Below, one piece after another: positions 26,301 to 38,149 of a DNA stretch of 64,000 nt; the first letter of the stretch is position 1, and each line of letters begins with the position of its first letter. The position numbers were made by a program, and so were the translations under genes. The stretch is from the NCBI GenBank assembly GCA_028534125.1, contig CM052825.1:24862001-24926000 (forward strand). Direction: 5' to 3'. The notes under the pieces were generated by a model that saw nothing but the letters and a program-made list of their open reading frames with translations, made no database searches and was not told the DNA's origin. This DNA is from Lama glama (lineage: Eukaryota).

Positions 26301-29202
26301 TCAGGAGACCCCCGAATCACCAAGACCCCTCTGTCTCGCCCCCACAGCCTCCTATGGCTGTGCTGGGCAACCTCCTTAGCGCCAGAGCCTTGCTTCCTAT
26401 GCCAGAAACATTTATTGATCACCTACTGTATGCTCCACACCTGTACTAAGGTAGGCTCTTGAGGTGGGAAGGGGGCTGAGAGTTAGCTGAGGGACCCCCA
26501 TATGGAGGCTAGAGGGTAAGAACAAGGGCCATAGCTCTGCCCAAGCTCCATGAGAAGCCCCTCTCCTCCCCCACCCTCCCATTCCCCATTTCTGTGTCAG
26601 GATCCCTCCTGCACCCAGAGCTGCCCTCATTCAGCACAGAGTCCCAGGATGGTCCAGGAGGCAAAAAGAGGAGTTTGAAATTGACCAGGCAGAAGCCCCG
26701 CCCTATATCCTGTAGGCTGGCGACTAAGTGACTTCCTGGCCCTCCCCAGAAGTGTTTATGTCTATCTGTGCTGTGTGTGTCCATTGAACATTCCCGACTA
26801 CCATCCCCTCCCTTTTGCCAGGGACCCTTACTCCTGTCCCTGTCCATCCCAGCCTGATGGGTTACTGCAGAGAGCTGGGGGAGCTTGTCTGGCTAGAAGG
26901 GGTCTTTCTACCCTCCTCCTGACCTGGGGTGAGAAGTGCTAATGACTTGGGCCTCTGAGCGCTGGCCCGTGGTCAGCATTCACAGGAACTGTTCCCTTGA
27001 GCAGGCCCCTTTGAGTCTCCCCTCCTCTGCCCCAGCCCTATGTCTACCTCCACCAGTGTTTGTGCCCCTCCCCCCCAACCGATGGAATGTATGCTTTGTG
27101 TGCCTCTCTGAGGACATTTGATCTGGAATAACCCTAGGGGTCTCGGGCCATTTTACAGATCAGGAGACTAAGATCTGGAGAGGAAAGAAACCCATACAAG
27201 ATTCCCCAGTTCCGCTTGGACCCAAGGTGGTGAGATTCGAAGTCCACACTCTTCAGCTTTTTCAGTTACACATACAGGAAGCTGGCTGAGCTGCAGGCTC
27301 ACCTTCAGCCTGCCCCTCCCCAGCTCTGCTCAGCCCCCTGCACATACCTGGTTCCCAGGGGTCAGGCATAGCCAGCCCAGATAGTTCCCCATGAGGGCAG
27401 AAGCACGCTCAGCTCAGTTCTTACTGCTCCTTCTCTCCTCTCTAGTGCCCTTGCCTGGGCCCCTAGCCCCCGCCCAAGCACAGGACCTGCCTCTAGGCAG
27501 CCTCCTGGGCCGCAGCCCCTTGGGTATCCACACCCCAACTTCTCCCCCTAAAATCCACTTAGGCTGAGGCTGCATGGCTGTTCCCCTACCCTACCTCCGA
27601 GTTCCTGGCTGATGCTGCCATAAGCTCCTGCCTGGCTAGCCACCTCCATTTGTCTGTCTGTCCAGAGGCTTGACTGTCTGCCCTGTGACTGCCCTTACTG
27701 GACCAAACCTGGTACTGCTGCCCCAGGAGGCTATGAGGATGGATGTGGACAGTGGGGTCCACCATATACCACCCCAGGTGGGGCTTAGGGGTCACCAGGA
27801 CCACCTAGGACCTGCCAGGCTATAGCTTTAAGGCCACATCAGAGTCAAGGGAGGTGGCTGGATGGGAGACCAAGGGGTAGGAAAGGTAGGGATCCCTGGT
27901 TCCTTGGGTCAGGAGGCTCTGAGACCTCCTCCTTCTGTAAAACAAGTGCTCTCAGATCAGCATTCTGCAGCCCAGGACTCACCCTAAGAATGAAAATGGA
28001 TGGGAACAGAACATGGTGGGGGGGGTAACCAAGAGATGTGGTCACAGCCAGGGGCCAGGAACACCGCATCCCAGAATAACAAAGGAGGCCCCCAAGCAAA
28101 AGAGGAGCGAGGAAGTCCCAAGAAAGGTAAGAAAGTAACAAAGACAACATCTGAATAACAAAGGGGATGAATAGCAAAGGAAGTGAGTAACAGCTACAGA
28201 ATAAAGGCAGCAGTTCCGGGGTGAGTGAGACCTGCAGGTAACAATTGCAAAGGGGGAGAAGGAATGAGTGAGAGAGTAACAGAGATTAGGAAAGGTGACC
28301 AAGCAGCCCTATGGACAGTCTCCCAGGCCTCTTCCTTCAGCCCCACTGTGATGGAGGTGTCAGAGGAGACAGGTAAGGCAGCAAAGTGAAAGGAGCAGCA
28401 TGGGCAATGGCCTGGAAGTGTGCGCTGAAAGGTGTTTGGGTTGTAAACTGTTCGGGTCGCTGGGGAGTGGGCTAGGGGAGGTGTGGTGAGGCCAGCAGCA
28501 GGCGGGAAGGCTCTCAGGTCTTAGGGGATCAGAGGTCTGGGTGACTTCCTCATGCTCACTTTCTCACCCTACTCCTGCCATCTTGCTACACCTGACAGAA
28601 GCAGAGTAGGTATGTCAGACCTCCCAGTCCTTCTCCACCCTGGGTTCACCTGGAGTGGGGTTGCCCTGTGCTCGGGTTTCAGGGAAGGGGCCTCCTTTGA
28701 ACCTACCTCCCTGCAGCAGTGCCCCCAGCGGTGGGGCAGAGCCTGGGCCTGGGGTGTAGCTGTGGGCAGAGGTCTTGTCACTACCAGAGGGAGGGCTGGG
28801 GGCCCATCTGGTGGGGGGGGGTGAAGCCATTAATCTGACGCTCGGGTAATGGCCTAGAGCTTCCTGGGCCGGCGCCGCCTCCCTGATGGGCATTAAGGGC
28901 CCCGCGAGATGACCAGGCCTCGCTCACGACCCCTTCCTTCAGACTTTCTCTTGCCTGTCAGAGCCCCAGATTGGGGCAGACGGGACCAGCACGATGGGAA
29001 GAGAGGGGAAAACGAGATGAGAGACAAGAGGGAGAGAAAACTGGGGAGGACGAGACAGTTACGGAAGCGCAGGACACCCGCGAAGGCAGAACTCACTGGA
29101 GGCCTGCCCCGCCCACCCGAGATGGGCCCGCCCACTGCCCGCCCCTAGCCCCTCCCATCGCCGGAGGCGTAGGGAGCGAGTGTAGCCTGGGAGAGCGGCT
29201 TA

Positions 29203-29220
29203 TAGCGCCACCTGCCGGCT
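29203..29220 (-). promoter_or_regulatory. CTCF motif in an orphan CpG-rich element (about 28830-29400)
   Basis: Minus strand reads AGCCGGCAGGTGGCGCTA, a close match to the CTCF core; flanked by GC boxes. Confidence 0.65.
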
Positions 29221-31188
29221 CTTTGTGGGATTCCATCGCCCGGGGAGTGGCCCCACGCCCCGCCCTTCTGGCTCTGACTTGTCCAGCCCTGCGGGATGGG
29301 GATTGGGTCGAGGTCCGCGCCCTCCGGCTGCTAGCGATGCAGAAGCATAGGGGTGCCATAAGGGTGTTAGGCAGAGAAGCCAGGTCTCTCCCGAGCCCCG
29401 AATCGGCTAAGCTGTCTCACCTTGGATCTGCCACCAACCTCTGCACTGGGATATCTTCAGGCAATATGAAATCTAGCCTCTCACCAAGTATTCCATCACT
29501 TGTGACCAAACATTGGCAGGCCACTTGCCGCCAGCCTGGCGAGCAATGGAGAAACATCAGCGAGACCCACAGAAACAGGGATCTGATACCCTGGCAAAGG
29601 GAGGCCCAGAGCTGGGGCAGCCCCCAGGAGGTGCATTTAACCCAGCCTGGGGCTGGAGTCCTCAGGCAAGGTGGACCATGGGGCTGTTCTGGAATCTGCC
29701 CAGAGTTTCTCCAGGCTGTGTGGGGAAGGTGAGGGAGCAATGAGGCTGGGAGACAGAGGCCCAGCCCTAGAGCATGGATTTCGTTGCATGGGAGATGGGA
29801 GCCCTTCAGGTGTTGTGCACTGGGGGGTGACAAGGTCAGGACATCGTGTTTTGAAAGGCCAGGTTTGGTGAGGAGCGGGGGCAGGAGCATCGGAGAAGTG
29901 GGGGAAAGAGTGGGTTGACTTGACTGGTCTGTGACCACCCTTTCCCCCAGTGCAGATCCTTGAGGGTAAATTAATTCTAGGATCCCTAAGAATTGGAATG
30001 GTGACATCAAAAAGACTGCCCACATTAGGGGACCATGTGGGGAGAAAGGTGCACCCAGGAGATGAGAGGAAATTGCCAGTGGGGAGAGGCCTCCAGAGGG
30101 TGTTTCCAGAGGCCAAGGAAGGTCCTGTGGGAGCTGGTTCCACGAGGGCATCCCAAAGCCAGGAGCTAGACAGACCTGGGGCCACCCCTTTTCCTGTCCT
30201 TGCTGGGTGCCCCAAGGGCAGTCTTGCCACATGGCCAAGGAAAGACTCCAAGGGCAAACAGCATCAGGGCACAGTGACCAGGCACTTGGACATTGAGGAC
30301 AGTTGTGGGAGTCCAAGCCCACTCTGAAGAGGGTTGAAGGGGGAGCAGAAAGGTGAAGTGGGGCGGGGCAGGAAGGTGTCCCAGGTGGAGGGAGATCCTT
30401 GATATTCAAGATGATATAGCACATTGACATGGGGGACTGGAGACAATAACTGGAAATGCAGAAGGGGATAAGTGGTGGAGGGGTCCCTCAGGAGGCAAGA
30501 GCGTATCAGGTGGAGGGGCCCCTTCCTCACTAGGAAGGGAGCGTGGCAGTGAAGAAGGGGACTAGATGGGTTCCACTTTATCAGGAAGGCTTTGGCTGAG
30601 GGGAGGGAGGAATTCCAAGGAGATCCAGGTTTGAAATGACTGCTGGGAGATGGGAGAAAGGCTGGATGGGCTGCTAGCTCTTGCTGTTCCCCTCCTTGGG
30701 GAGGACATTCTCCCCAGTCTGGCCAGGGGGCATAGTGAGGGGCACCCTGTAGGACTCCTGGGAGGCTGGGTGGGAGTTCCAGCCCCACTAGTAGGGTATG
30801 AGCTCCTGCTTTCCTCTTCCTGCACACCTTGGTGAATGGCAGCCGGACCCAGGGTGTGACTTGCCCTCCCCTCGCCGTGGAATACCCCTCCCCTCCTGTC
30901 GGACCCTGGGACCTAGACTGATGATCCCACCCCCTAATGGGAGGTGCAGCACTGGCAGAAAAGGGAGAGGGGACACAGGCCCAAGCAGTGTCTCTATCTC
31001 TGTCTCCCCTTCTGGCCGGCGAGGACATACAGATCTCGGCTGGGTTAGGGGGAGCGCTTCTGGCCAGCCAGAGGGCTCCTGACATTTGCTAGGACGTGGG
31101 CGCGGCTGTTTGCGCCCGGAAGCTAGATGACAAAGTACACATCGCGGAGGAAAAGGGTCACACGCGGGGGAGCGAGAACCAGGCGGGT

Positions 31189-31194
31189 TTTATT
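31189..31194 (-). terminator. NPW polyadenylation signal
   Basis: AATAAA on minus, about 75 nt after the stop. Confidence 0.8.
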
Positions 31195-31267
31195 GACCAG
31201 ACGGCGGGACTGGAGGCCGAAGAGACTCTGCCTGGGTCAGGCACGGGGGCGCGGGCAGGGGCTGCGA

Positions 31268-32070
31268 TCAGGACGGCCCTGGGGTGAGGCGGGGGCCGGC
31301 GAAGGCAGTTCCCTGCGCAGACTGTGGCTGATCGGGAGACTCTCCGAGAGCTCTAGAAAGAATAGAGCAGGACCGTGGGGAGAGGGTTGTGCGCCTTCCA
31401 CTACGCTCCCGCCTCCCGACCCCCCACGCTGGAAGAGTAGAGACTGCGTCAGGAAAGCCTTCCTGGGCTTGAAGTCAGGGATGGAAAGTTCGCAGGGTGC
31501 CCTGTGGGAACGGGGACATGCGTCCTGGGCTCAGATCTTTCAAGATCCCTTCACTCGCTGCTATCCCCTCCCCTTTCCTCTCCCCGCGTACCTGGCCTGC
31601 TCTGCGGAGGTCCAGGAATAGGAGCCCAGCCACGGCTCCCGTTGGGGTGCAGACGCCGGGGCTTGCGAACGGCGAGGGGCACTGACCGGGAGCCCAGCGC
31701 CGGAGCTTCTGCGTCGCACCTCCCACAGTTTCTGAACCCCGGAGGGAAGCAGCAGAGCATCGCGGGCGGCGGGCCCCGGGGAGAGGGTGTTTCTGGCAGA
31801 TGGCCCCTGGGGGGGCACGCCCGGGCCTAAAGTGTCCCAGGCAAGGGGTCCGGCAGCGGGCCGTAGCGCGCGCCGCCACATGTAGGGCGAGCGGCGCAGC
31901 CCCATGAGCAGGCCCGCCGCGCGGCCGACGGTGTGGTAGCGGGGACTCGCCACGTGCTTGTACCAGGCGCCCGCGGGCAGCGGAAGCAGCAGCAGCAACA
32001 GCAATGCGAGTAGCAGGAGGCTCGCAGTGGCCCCCCGCCCCGGGCCCCGCACCCCCGTTCCCCTCGCCAG
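31268..32070 (-). CDS. NPW: Prepro-neuropeptide W (CTG-initiated)
   Basis: Exon 1 32070-31592 (donor AG|GTACGC) and exon 2 31352-31268, giving 187 aa. Leu-rich signal peptide, then [32 protein letters not shown] (NPW-23 31965-31897; NPW-30 31965-31876). No in-frame ATG precedes the signal peptide. Confidence 0.95.
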
Positions 32071-32205
32071 GGTGCTCACGTCGACAGCCGCCCGGTAGGG
32101 CGGACCTGGAACTGGCTTGGCGGGATCCAGGCGCTCAGCGTCGGGAAGCCGGGAAGCCGGAGCGCTGGAGGCTGCAGGCTAGGTGTTGGTCCCGGCGGGT
32201 CCAAC

Positions 32206-32245
32206 TATTAAATGCTCGGTGGCCCCGCCCCTCCTCGCCCCCGCA
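32206..32245 (-). promoter_or_regulatory. NPW core promoter (TATA-like element plus GC boxes)
   Basis: ATTTAATA on minus at 32213-32206, with GGGGCGGGG just upstream. Confidence 0.55.
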
Positions 32246-35200
32246 ATACCCGCGGGGCTCCCCAAGGGTGGTAGAGATGGAGGGAGAAGAGGAGCCCAGC
32301 ATCCTCCCTGAGTGGGCCTTTAGCTAGAACTCATCTTGATGCTCTACCGGGAGCTCCCTTGCTCCCCTCTCTCAGCCCTCCTCTGCCTCCTCCCCCCAAG
32401 GAGAGGAAGGAACTGCCAGGCACAGGGATCGAGGGACAGGATGCCCCCTTAGCTAGGCTCTTGAAGTGGGCCCCAAGCAGAGCAAAGACAGGGAGGCTGG
32501 CAGAACCATAGGGCCGAAAGACAGGAGAGCTCACTGGTGCCCCACCCCAACTCCCACACTATTTAAGACCCCTCTGTGTATCTCCTCCCCTGAGGGCTGT
32601 TCCTCTTCCTCACCTAACACAGCGCTCAAATCTTCCCCACAGGCCTAGCTTCTCCCCACCAATCCATTTCCCAGCTGCAGCTAGATGGATGCTAGCAATT
32701 GCAAGTTTGGCCACATCAAACCCTCCTTGAGACAGTTAGTGGTTCCCGAAGGCTTCCAGAATAGAGTCAGCCCCTCATGCCCCCAGCCCTAGCCTGGGCA
32801 GAATAAGGCCCTGCAGACCTCCAGCCTCCTCTCTGGTCATGGTCCCCTGAAAACCACTTTCTAGGGCCACTCTCAATTCATTTGCTGTACCCAATGACCC
32901 AGGAGTTTGCCCACCTCTCAGCTTCTGTGCCTGGGACACAGAATGTACTTCCCTTCCTTCTCCACTTGGCAAACTCCTACTCATCCTTCAGAATCCTACT
33001 TAAATGGCCCTTGTCTGAATAGTCCCCCAGAGTATCCCTCTGGGCCTGCCTGGGCTTAATAGCCCCATCCCAAAGGGCAGAGCCTGACCCATTCTTGCTT
33101 GGGCCCCAGACCAGGGAGGATGCAGCCCTCAAAATAATCTGACCTCACCCCACCCCCTAGCAACCATATCATTTGTGGGGCAGCTTGTAGATCTCAGACA
33201 CCAAGGATCCTGAAATATCTTGTTTTGACCTCCAAACACTGCCACAAGGTGGGAGAATTATTGATTCCATCTACCAATGAGCGAACTAAGGCATGGGGGA
33301 AACTAATTTGTTCCAGATCACCTTTTGGGTTAAGCAGTGGGATGACTGGAGTCCCACCTAGCCTCCCCACCCCCAGCCTGAGAGTTCCAGTTTGGGGACC
33401 CCAGCTGTAGTTCTCAATGAAAACCTCCTCTTCCCCTCTGCCCATTTCTTTGGCAAAAAAGAGGGGTGATTCTGGGGGAATGGGGAACACAGTCTGGGCC
33501 TGTGCTTCCTCTTACGTGTCCATGTCAGGAGAGGTGCAGAGGGGCTGTGGGGTGCAGAGGATGGCACCTGCTTCTGAGGCATGAGGGGCATAATAGGGTC
33601 TGGTGACCCCCACTCCCCGGGGGAGGTTTGGAAGCAGCAGCAGCCCTCTCCACAGCCTGGCAGAACCAATGAGAAATGTGCCCTGGAGCCCAGTATGAGC
33701 ATTAAAAAAACCCAGGCTGGCTCTTGACACTGTGCCTGGCACACAGTAAGTGCTCAGTAATGGTGTAGCTACCATCTATGGCTGTTGCTGTTCCAGTGGC
33801 TGCCTAGTCTCCTAGCTGTCAGTGAAAACCGTTTGATGGAGGAGTGATGGTGCAGGGACCCAGCAGAGTGGAGGGAAGCCGCCTGCGCACCTGGAGGGGC
33901 CTGGAGAATCCTCGGGACCAGCAGGCTGTGCTGAAAGCTGACCCCCACCACCACCTCCCCCTACCATGCTCCTCTGGGGCCCCTTGGCTTTGAGAGCCTG
34001 CTGGAGTGTGTGGTGGGTGGGTGGTTCGGCACGATGCAGGCTGCCAGGGTTCCCCTGGTGCTGCCACCTCATCCCTGCTAAGAGGATGCAGGGGACTGCT
34101 AGCCTGGGCGTGGAGCTTCTGCAGGGAGAACGTCATTGATACAAAAACTGATCAGTTGTGGTCTATGGTATAATGGAGATTTCTGTGGCAGTTAGAAAAT
34201 TGAAAAGAACTACCATTAGCAGCGTGAACAAATCTGAAAATGCAGTGTTAAGCAGAGAAAAAAGTGCTCTGCATAAGGACATGTTCAGTATCTGAAGTTG
34301 AAATACCAGTGATCCCTCCGGCTTGTTTATGACTATGGACCAGAGGGAGTGAAACTGTCAGGGTGCAGGTGAAGGATGAAGGCCACATTGGGACAGAGGA
34401 GGGTGGTTGCCTGTCTGGTGTGCAGAAGGCATGTGGGGAGGGGGCCCAGGACGGGGGAAGGGAGCAAAGCACAGAATAGCTTGATGGTCCCTGGGGCCTC
34501 CCAATTTGGAGTGCAGAGGAGAAGGGGCTCTGTGTCCCGCCCAGCCCTGAGCACAGGGACAAAAGTATCCACTAACCAGGAGTCTGGAGTGAAAGAAAGG
34601 TCCATTGCCAGCAGAGGCAGTGACCCTAACAGTCCATGAGAGGTGATTCTTCTTTCTGGGACTCACCTCTCCTTTCATCTACACACAGCCCCTCCTAGGA
34701 ATCGTGGCTCTGACTATCTGTACACCATTCTTGGTGACACTGGACCAAGGAGGACACAAGACCTCCAGGGATCAGAACCACCTCGGCTTCATACTCACGG
34801 CCCCCACCCCAGGTACAGAGCCTGGTCCTCAACAGGAACCTCATCCAAATGACCCAGTGATTGAGAAAATCTCCCCATTTTGTCATTTTAAAATTATTTT
34901 TTTAATCAAGGTCATAGACATTATAAATCAAATGCTAGTATAAGGGAAAAAATAAAGCTATCTCTGTTCCAGCCTTTCACATTCTGCCCTCCAGGGGCAA
35001 CTGCTTCCAACTCCTTCAGATATTTCTCCTAGTATTTGCCTCCCTATTTTGAAATAATAAACTTAACTGCTACTCTAAAATTTGGTGGTCTTTTTAAGGA
35101 GGTATCACACACTTTGAGTAAATGTGCATATCTTAACAATTTGTTACATACGCATTCGCCTATGTTCCCACAGCCCAGATCAAGATAGAAAACATTGCAG

Positions 35201-35270
35201 CTCCCCAGGGGGCTCCCTTTGCCCCCTCCTAACCAGAAGCCCCCAGCGTAACTCATGTATGACCTTAGAT

Positions 35271-35980
35271 CAGCGTTTCTCAACCTCAGTACGGTTGGCA
35301 TTTGTGAGGCTGTCCTGGGCACTGTAGGGTATTGAGCAGCATCCTTGGCCTCTAGTCATTTGTGTGGGCAGAAAAATAGCCCCTCCCCAAAGATATCTAC
35401 ATTCTAATCCCTGGAACCTGTGAATATTTACTTTACATAGTAAGGGGGAATTACAGTTGCAGAGGAAATGAAGAATGCTAATTGGCTGAATTTAACATAA
35501 GCCAAATCATCCTGAATTATCCAGGTGGACCTAATGTAATCTCAAGGGTTCTTAAGCATGGAGGAGGGAGGCAGAATCAGAGAAGGAGAGGTGACAATGG
35601 AAACAGAGGGTGGAGTGACGCACTTTGTAGATGGGAGGAATGGTGGTGAGCCATGGAACACAGGTGCCTCTAGAAGATGGAAAAGTCTAGGAAATGGATT
35701 CTCCTCTAGAGCCTCCAGGAGGAACGCAGCCCACCTGCACGCTGATTTTATCCCACTGAGACCCATCTTGAACTTCTGAATTCCAGAACTGTGAGATAAT
35801 AAATGTATGTTACTTGAAGCCACTGTGTTTGTGGTAATTTTTTACAGCAGCAATAGGAAACTAATGCACCAGTAAATGCCATTAACACTCCCACCCAACT
35901 GTAACAACCAACCAAAAACGTCTCCAGACTTTACCACACGTCTCCTTGGGGGCAAAATCACCCCCCATTGAGAACCGCTG
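35271..35980 (-). mobile_element. MER20-like hAT DNA transposon, split by an LTR
   Basis: TIRs CAGCGTTTCTCAA / TTGAGAACCGCTG; degenerate 8-bp TSD ccttagat/actcagat; internal GGGGGCAAAATCACCCC. Confidence 0.8.
35361..35868 (+). mobile_element. MaLR solo LTR (MLT1D-like)
   Basis: TG...CA termini; aaagatatctacattctaatccctggaacctgtgaatat start; AATAAA; acagcagcaataggaaactaa end. Confidence 0.85.
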
Positions 35981-36014
35981 ACTCAGATTATAAAACACCA
36001 TTCTAAAATTTATC

Positions 36015-36145
36015 TTTTAAAAAAAGTTGGGGAGGGGGGAATTAGGTTCATTTGTTGATTTATTTTTAGAAGAGATACTGAGGATTGAACCCAGGACCTC
36101 TTGCTTGTTAGGCATGCACTCTACCACTTGAGCTATATCCTCCCC
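36015..36145 (-). mobile_element. tRNA-derived camelid SINE (vic-1-like)
   Basis: Reverse complement of the 1041 element (attgaacccaggacctc...gagctatatcctcccc). Confidence 0.85.
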
Positions 36146-37069
36146 ACTAAATTAATGTTTTTTAAGACACCATCAAACGGCTTCCTCCTAATTTAGATGA
36201 AGCTTTGGCTCTCCCCCAACCCAGTCACCTCATTTCTCATCTCTCCATCCTCCTAATATGAATTTATCATAATTTTTGGTTAAGTCACTGGTCAGTGTTT
36301 CTATTATTATGACCATGTAGTGTCCTCTGCTGAGCCAAGTAGTGGACTATGATTACATTTCCTTTCTCATTGATAGCTGTCTTATTATTTTTCTTTGCTT
36401 GTTTTTCTATATTCTTGTTTTGTTATTTTACCCTAAATTTTCCAAGCTCCTTGCAATAACTTTTCCTGGTTCTTAAGCACACAAGGAGATCACCCACAAT
36501 CAATTCCATATTTACTCTGGAGATCTCCCTCTGGAAGCCAGTGGCCTCTTGCTCCAATCTGGACATCCATTTTCTAGGACATCCACTCTCTAAGCTTCTG
36601 CACAGGCATCATTTGAATGGGAACACATAAGCTAAATAATTTGTCCTTTTTATGTTGCTGACTTTATGCTGGATGGAAAGTTTTTCTGGGTATAGAATTT
36701 GTGATGGAAATCATATTCCCCCAGAAAGTTGAGAGAACTTCTAGCTTCCAGTGTTCTAGGATTGTAAGTCTGATTTTCAGTCCTTCTTACAGGTTCTTCT
36801 CCCTCCTTACTCCCTTCCCCTGAAGATTTTAGGCCCTTTGTTTTATCTACAGTACACAGGTACTCCATGATGATCTCTCTCACTGATGCTGTCTCTTTCC
36901 CTTGATTGGGCCCTTTCAATATGGAGACTCATGTCCTTCAGATCTGGCATATATTGCCTTATTGGCTCTGACAACTTTCACCTCTCCATTTCCTCTGTTC
37001 TCTCTGAAATTTCTATTAATTAGATATTGTGCCTGCTGGATCCCAACTTTCATCTTCTTATTTTCTCTG

Positions 37070-37196
37070 TTTTTTGTTTTGTTTTTTTAATTAGGTTTAT
37101 TAATTTGTTTCTGCTTGGAGGAGGTACTGGGGATTTGACCCAGGACCTCTCGCATGCTGAGCATGCGCTCTAACACTTGAGCTATACCCTTCCCCC
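37070..37196 (-). mobile_element. tRNA-derived camelid SINE with target-site duplication
   Basis: Same family. TSD cttatt(t/g)tctctgtttt at 37057-37073 and 37196-37212. Confidence 0.88.
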
Positions 37197-37314
37197 TTAT
37201 TGTCTCTGTTTTCTACCTTGTCTTTTTGTTCTGCCTGCTGAGAGATTTCTTCAACTCTGTCTTCCATTTTGCTCTTGAACTTTTAATTGTTATGTTTTTA
37301 ATTTCTAAGGGTTC

Positions 37315-37987
37315 TTTTTTGTTGTTGTTTTTACTTGTTTTATTGAAGTATAGTTAGTTTACAATGTTGTGTCAATTTCTGGTGTACAGCATAATGTTTC
37401 AGTCGTATGTATACATACACGTATTCCTTTTCATATTCTTTTACATTTTAGGTTACTACAAGATAATAATTCTCTGTGCTATCAGTATAAACTTGTAGTT
37501 TATCTACTTTATATATAGTAGTTTGTATCTGCAAATCTTGAACTCCCAGTTTATCCCTTCCCACCTTCTTTCCTTCCTGGTAACCGTAAGTTTGTTTTTT
37601 ATGTCTGTCTGTTTCTGTTTTCTGAGTGAGTTCGTGTTTTTTTAAATATTCCACATATAAGTGATATCGTATGGTATTTTTCTTTCTCTTTCTGGTTTAT
37701 TTCACTTAGAATGATGATCTCCAGGTCCACCCATGTTGCTGCAAATGGCATTATTTTATTCTTTTTTATGGCTGAATAGATAGATAGATACCACAACTGC
37801 TTTATCCGCTCGTCTGTCAAAGGACATTTAGGTTTCCATGTCTTGGCTATTGTAAATAGTAATGCTATGAACATTGGGGTGCATGTATCTTTTCGAATTA
37901 GAGTTCCCTCTGGATATATGCCCAGGAAAGGGACTGCTGGATCATATGGTTAAGTCTATTTGTAGTTTCTTAAGGAACCTCCATACT
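37315..37987 (-). mobile_element. 5'-truncated LINE-1 (ORF2 C-terminus, 3'UTR and polyA)
   Basis: Decayed ORF2 tail MFIALLFTIAKTWK..CP.TDE.IK.LWY...IMPFAATWVDLEIIILSEI; T-rich tail on plus at about 37315. Confidence 0.9.
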
Positions 37988-38149
37988 GTAAGTATATAGT
38001 GTACGTATGCCACAGTACTCACGGAGCATACTCATGGAGTACTGGAGCAATACTTAAACTAAAACATTCGCTGTTATGGGAGGGTAGGCTGGCAGGAGAC
38101 AAGGGACCGAGGAAATGGGAACCCGACACACACCACCTAGCAGCGGCCA

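Larger units (their letters stand above)
34885..37310 (-). mobile_element. Old, degraded L1M-type sequence hosting younger insertions
   Basis: AT-rich, T-skewed sequence with L1-like antisense phrases; boundaries approximate. Confidence 0.5.

Noticed and set aside
25488-26379. Several long overlapping ORFs at NHERF2 exon 1
   Set aside because: Products of extreme GC content and the octamer repeat.
37448-37874. ORFs resembling L1 ORF2
   Set aside because: Frameshifted, 5'-truncated L1 remnant, not a functional gene.
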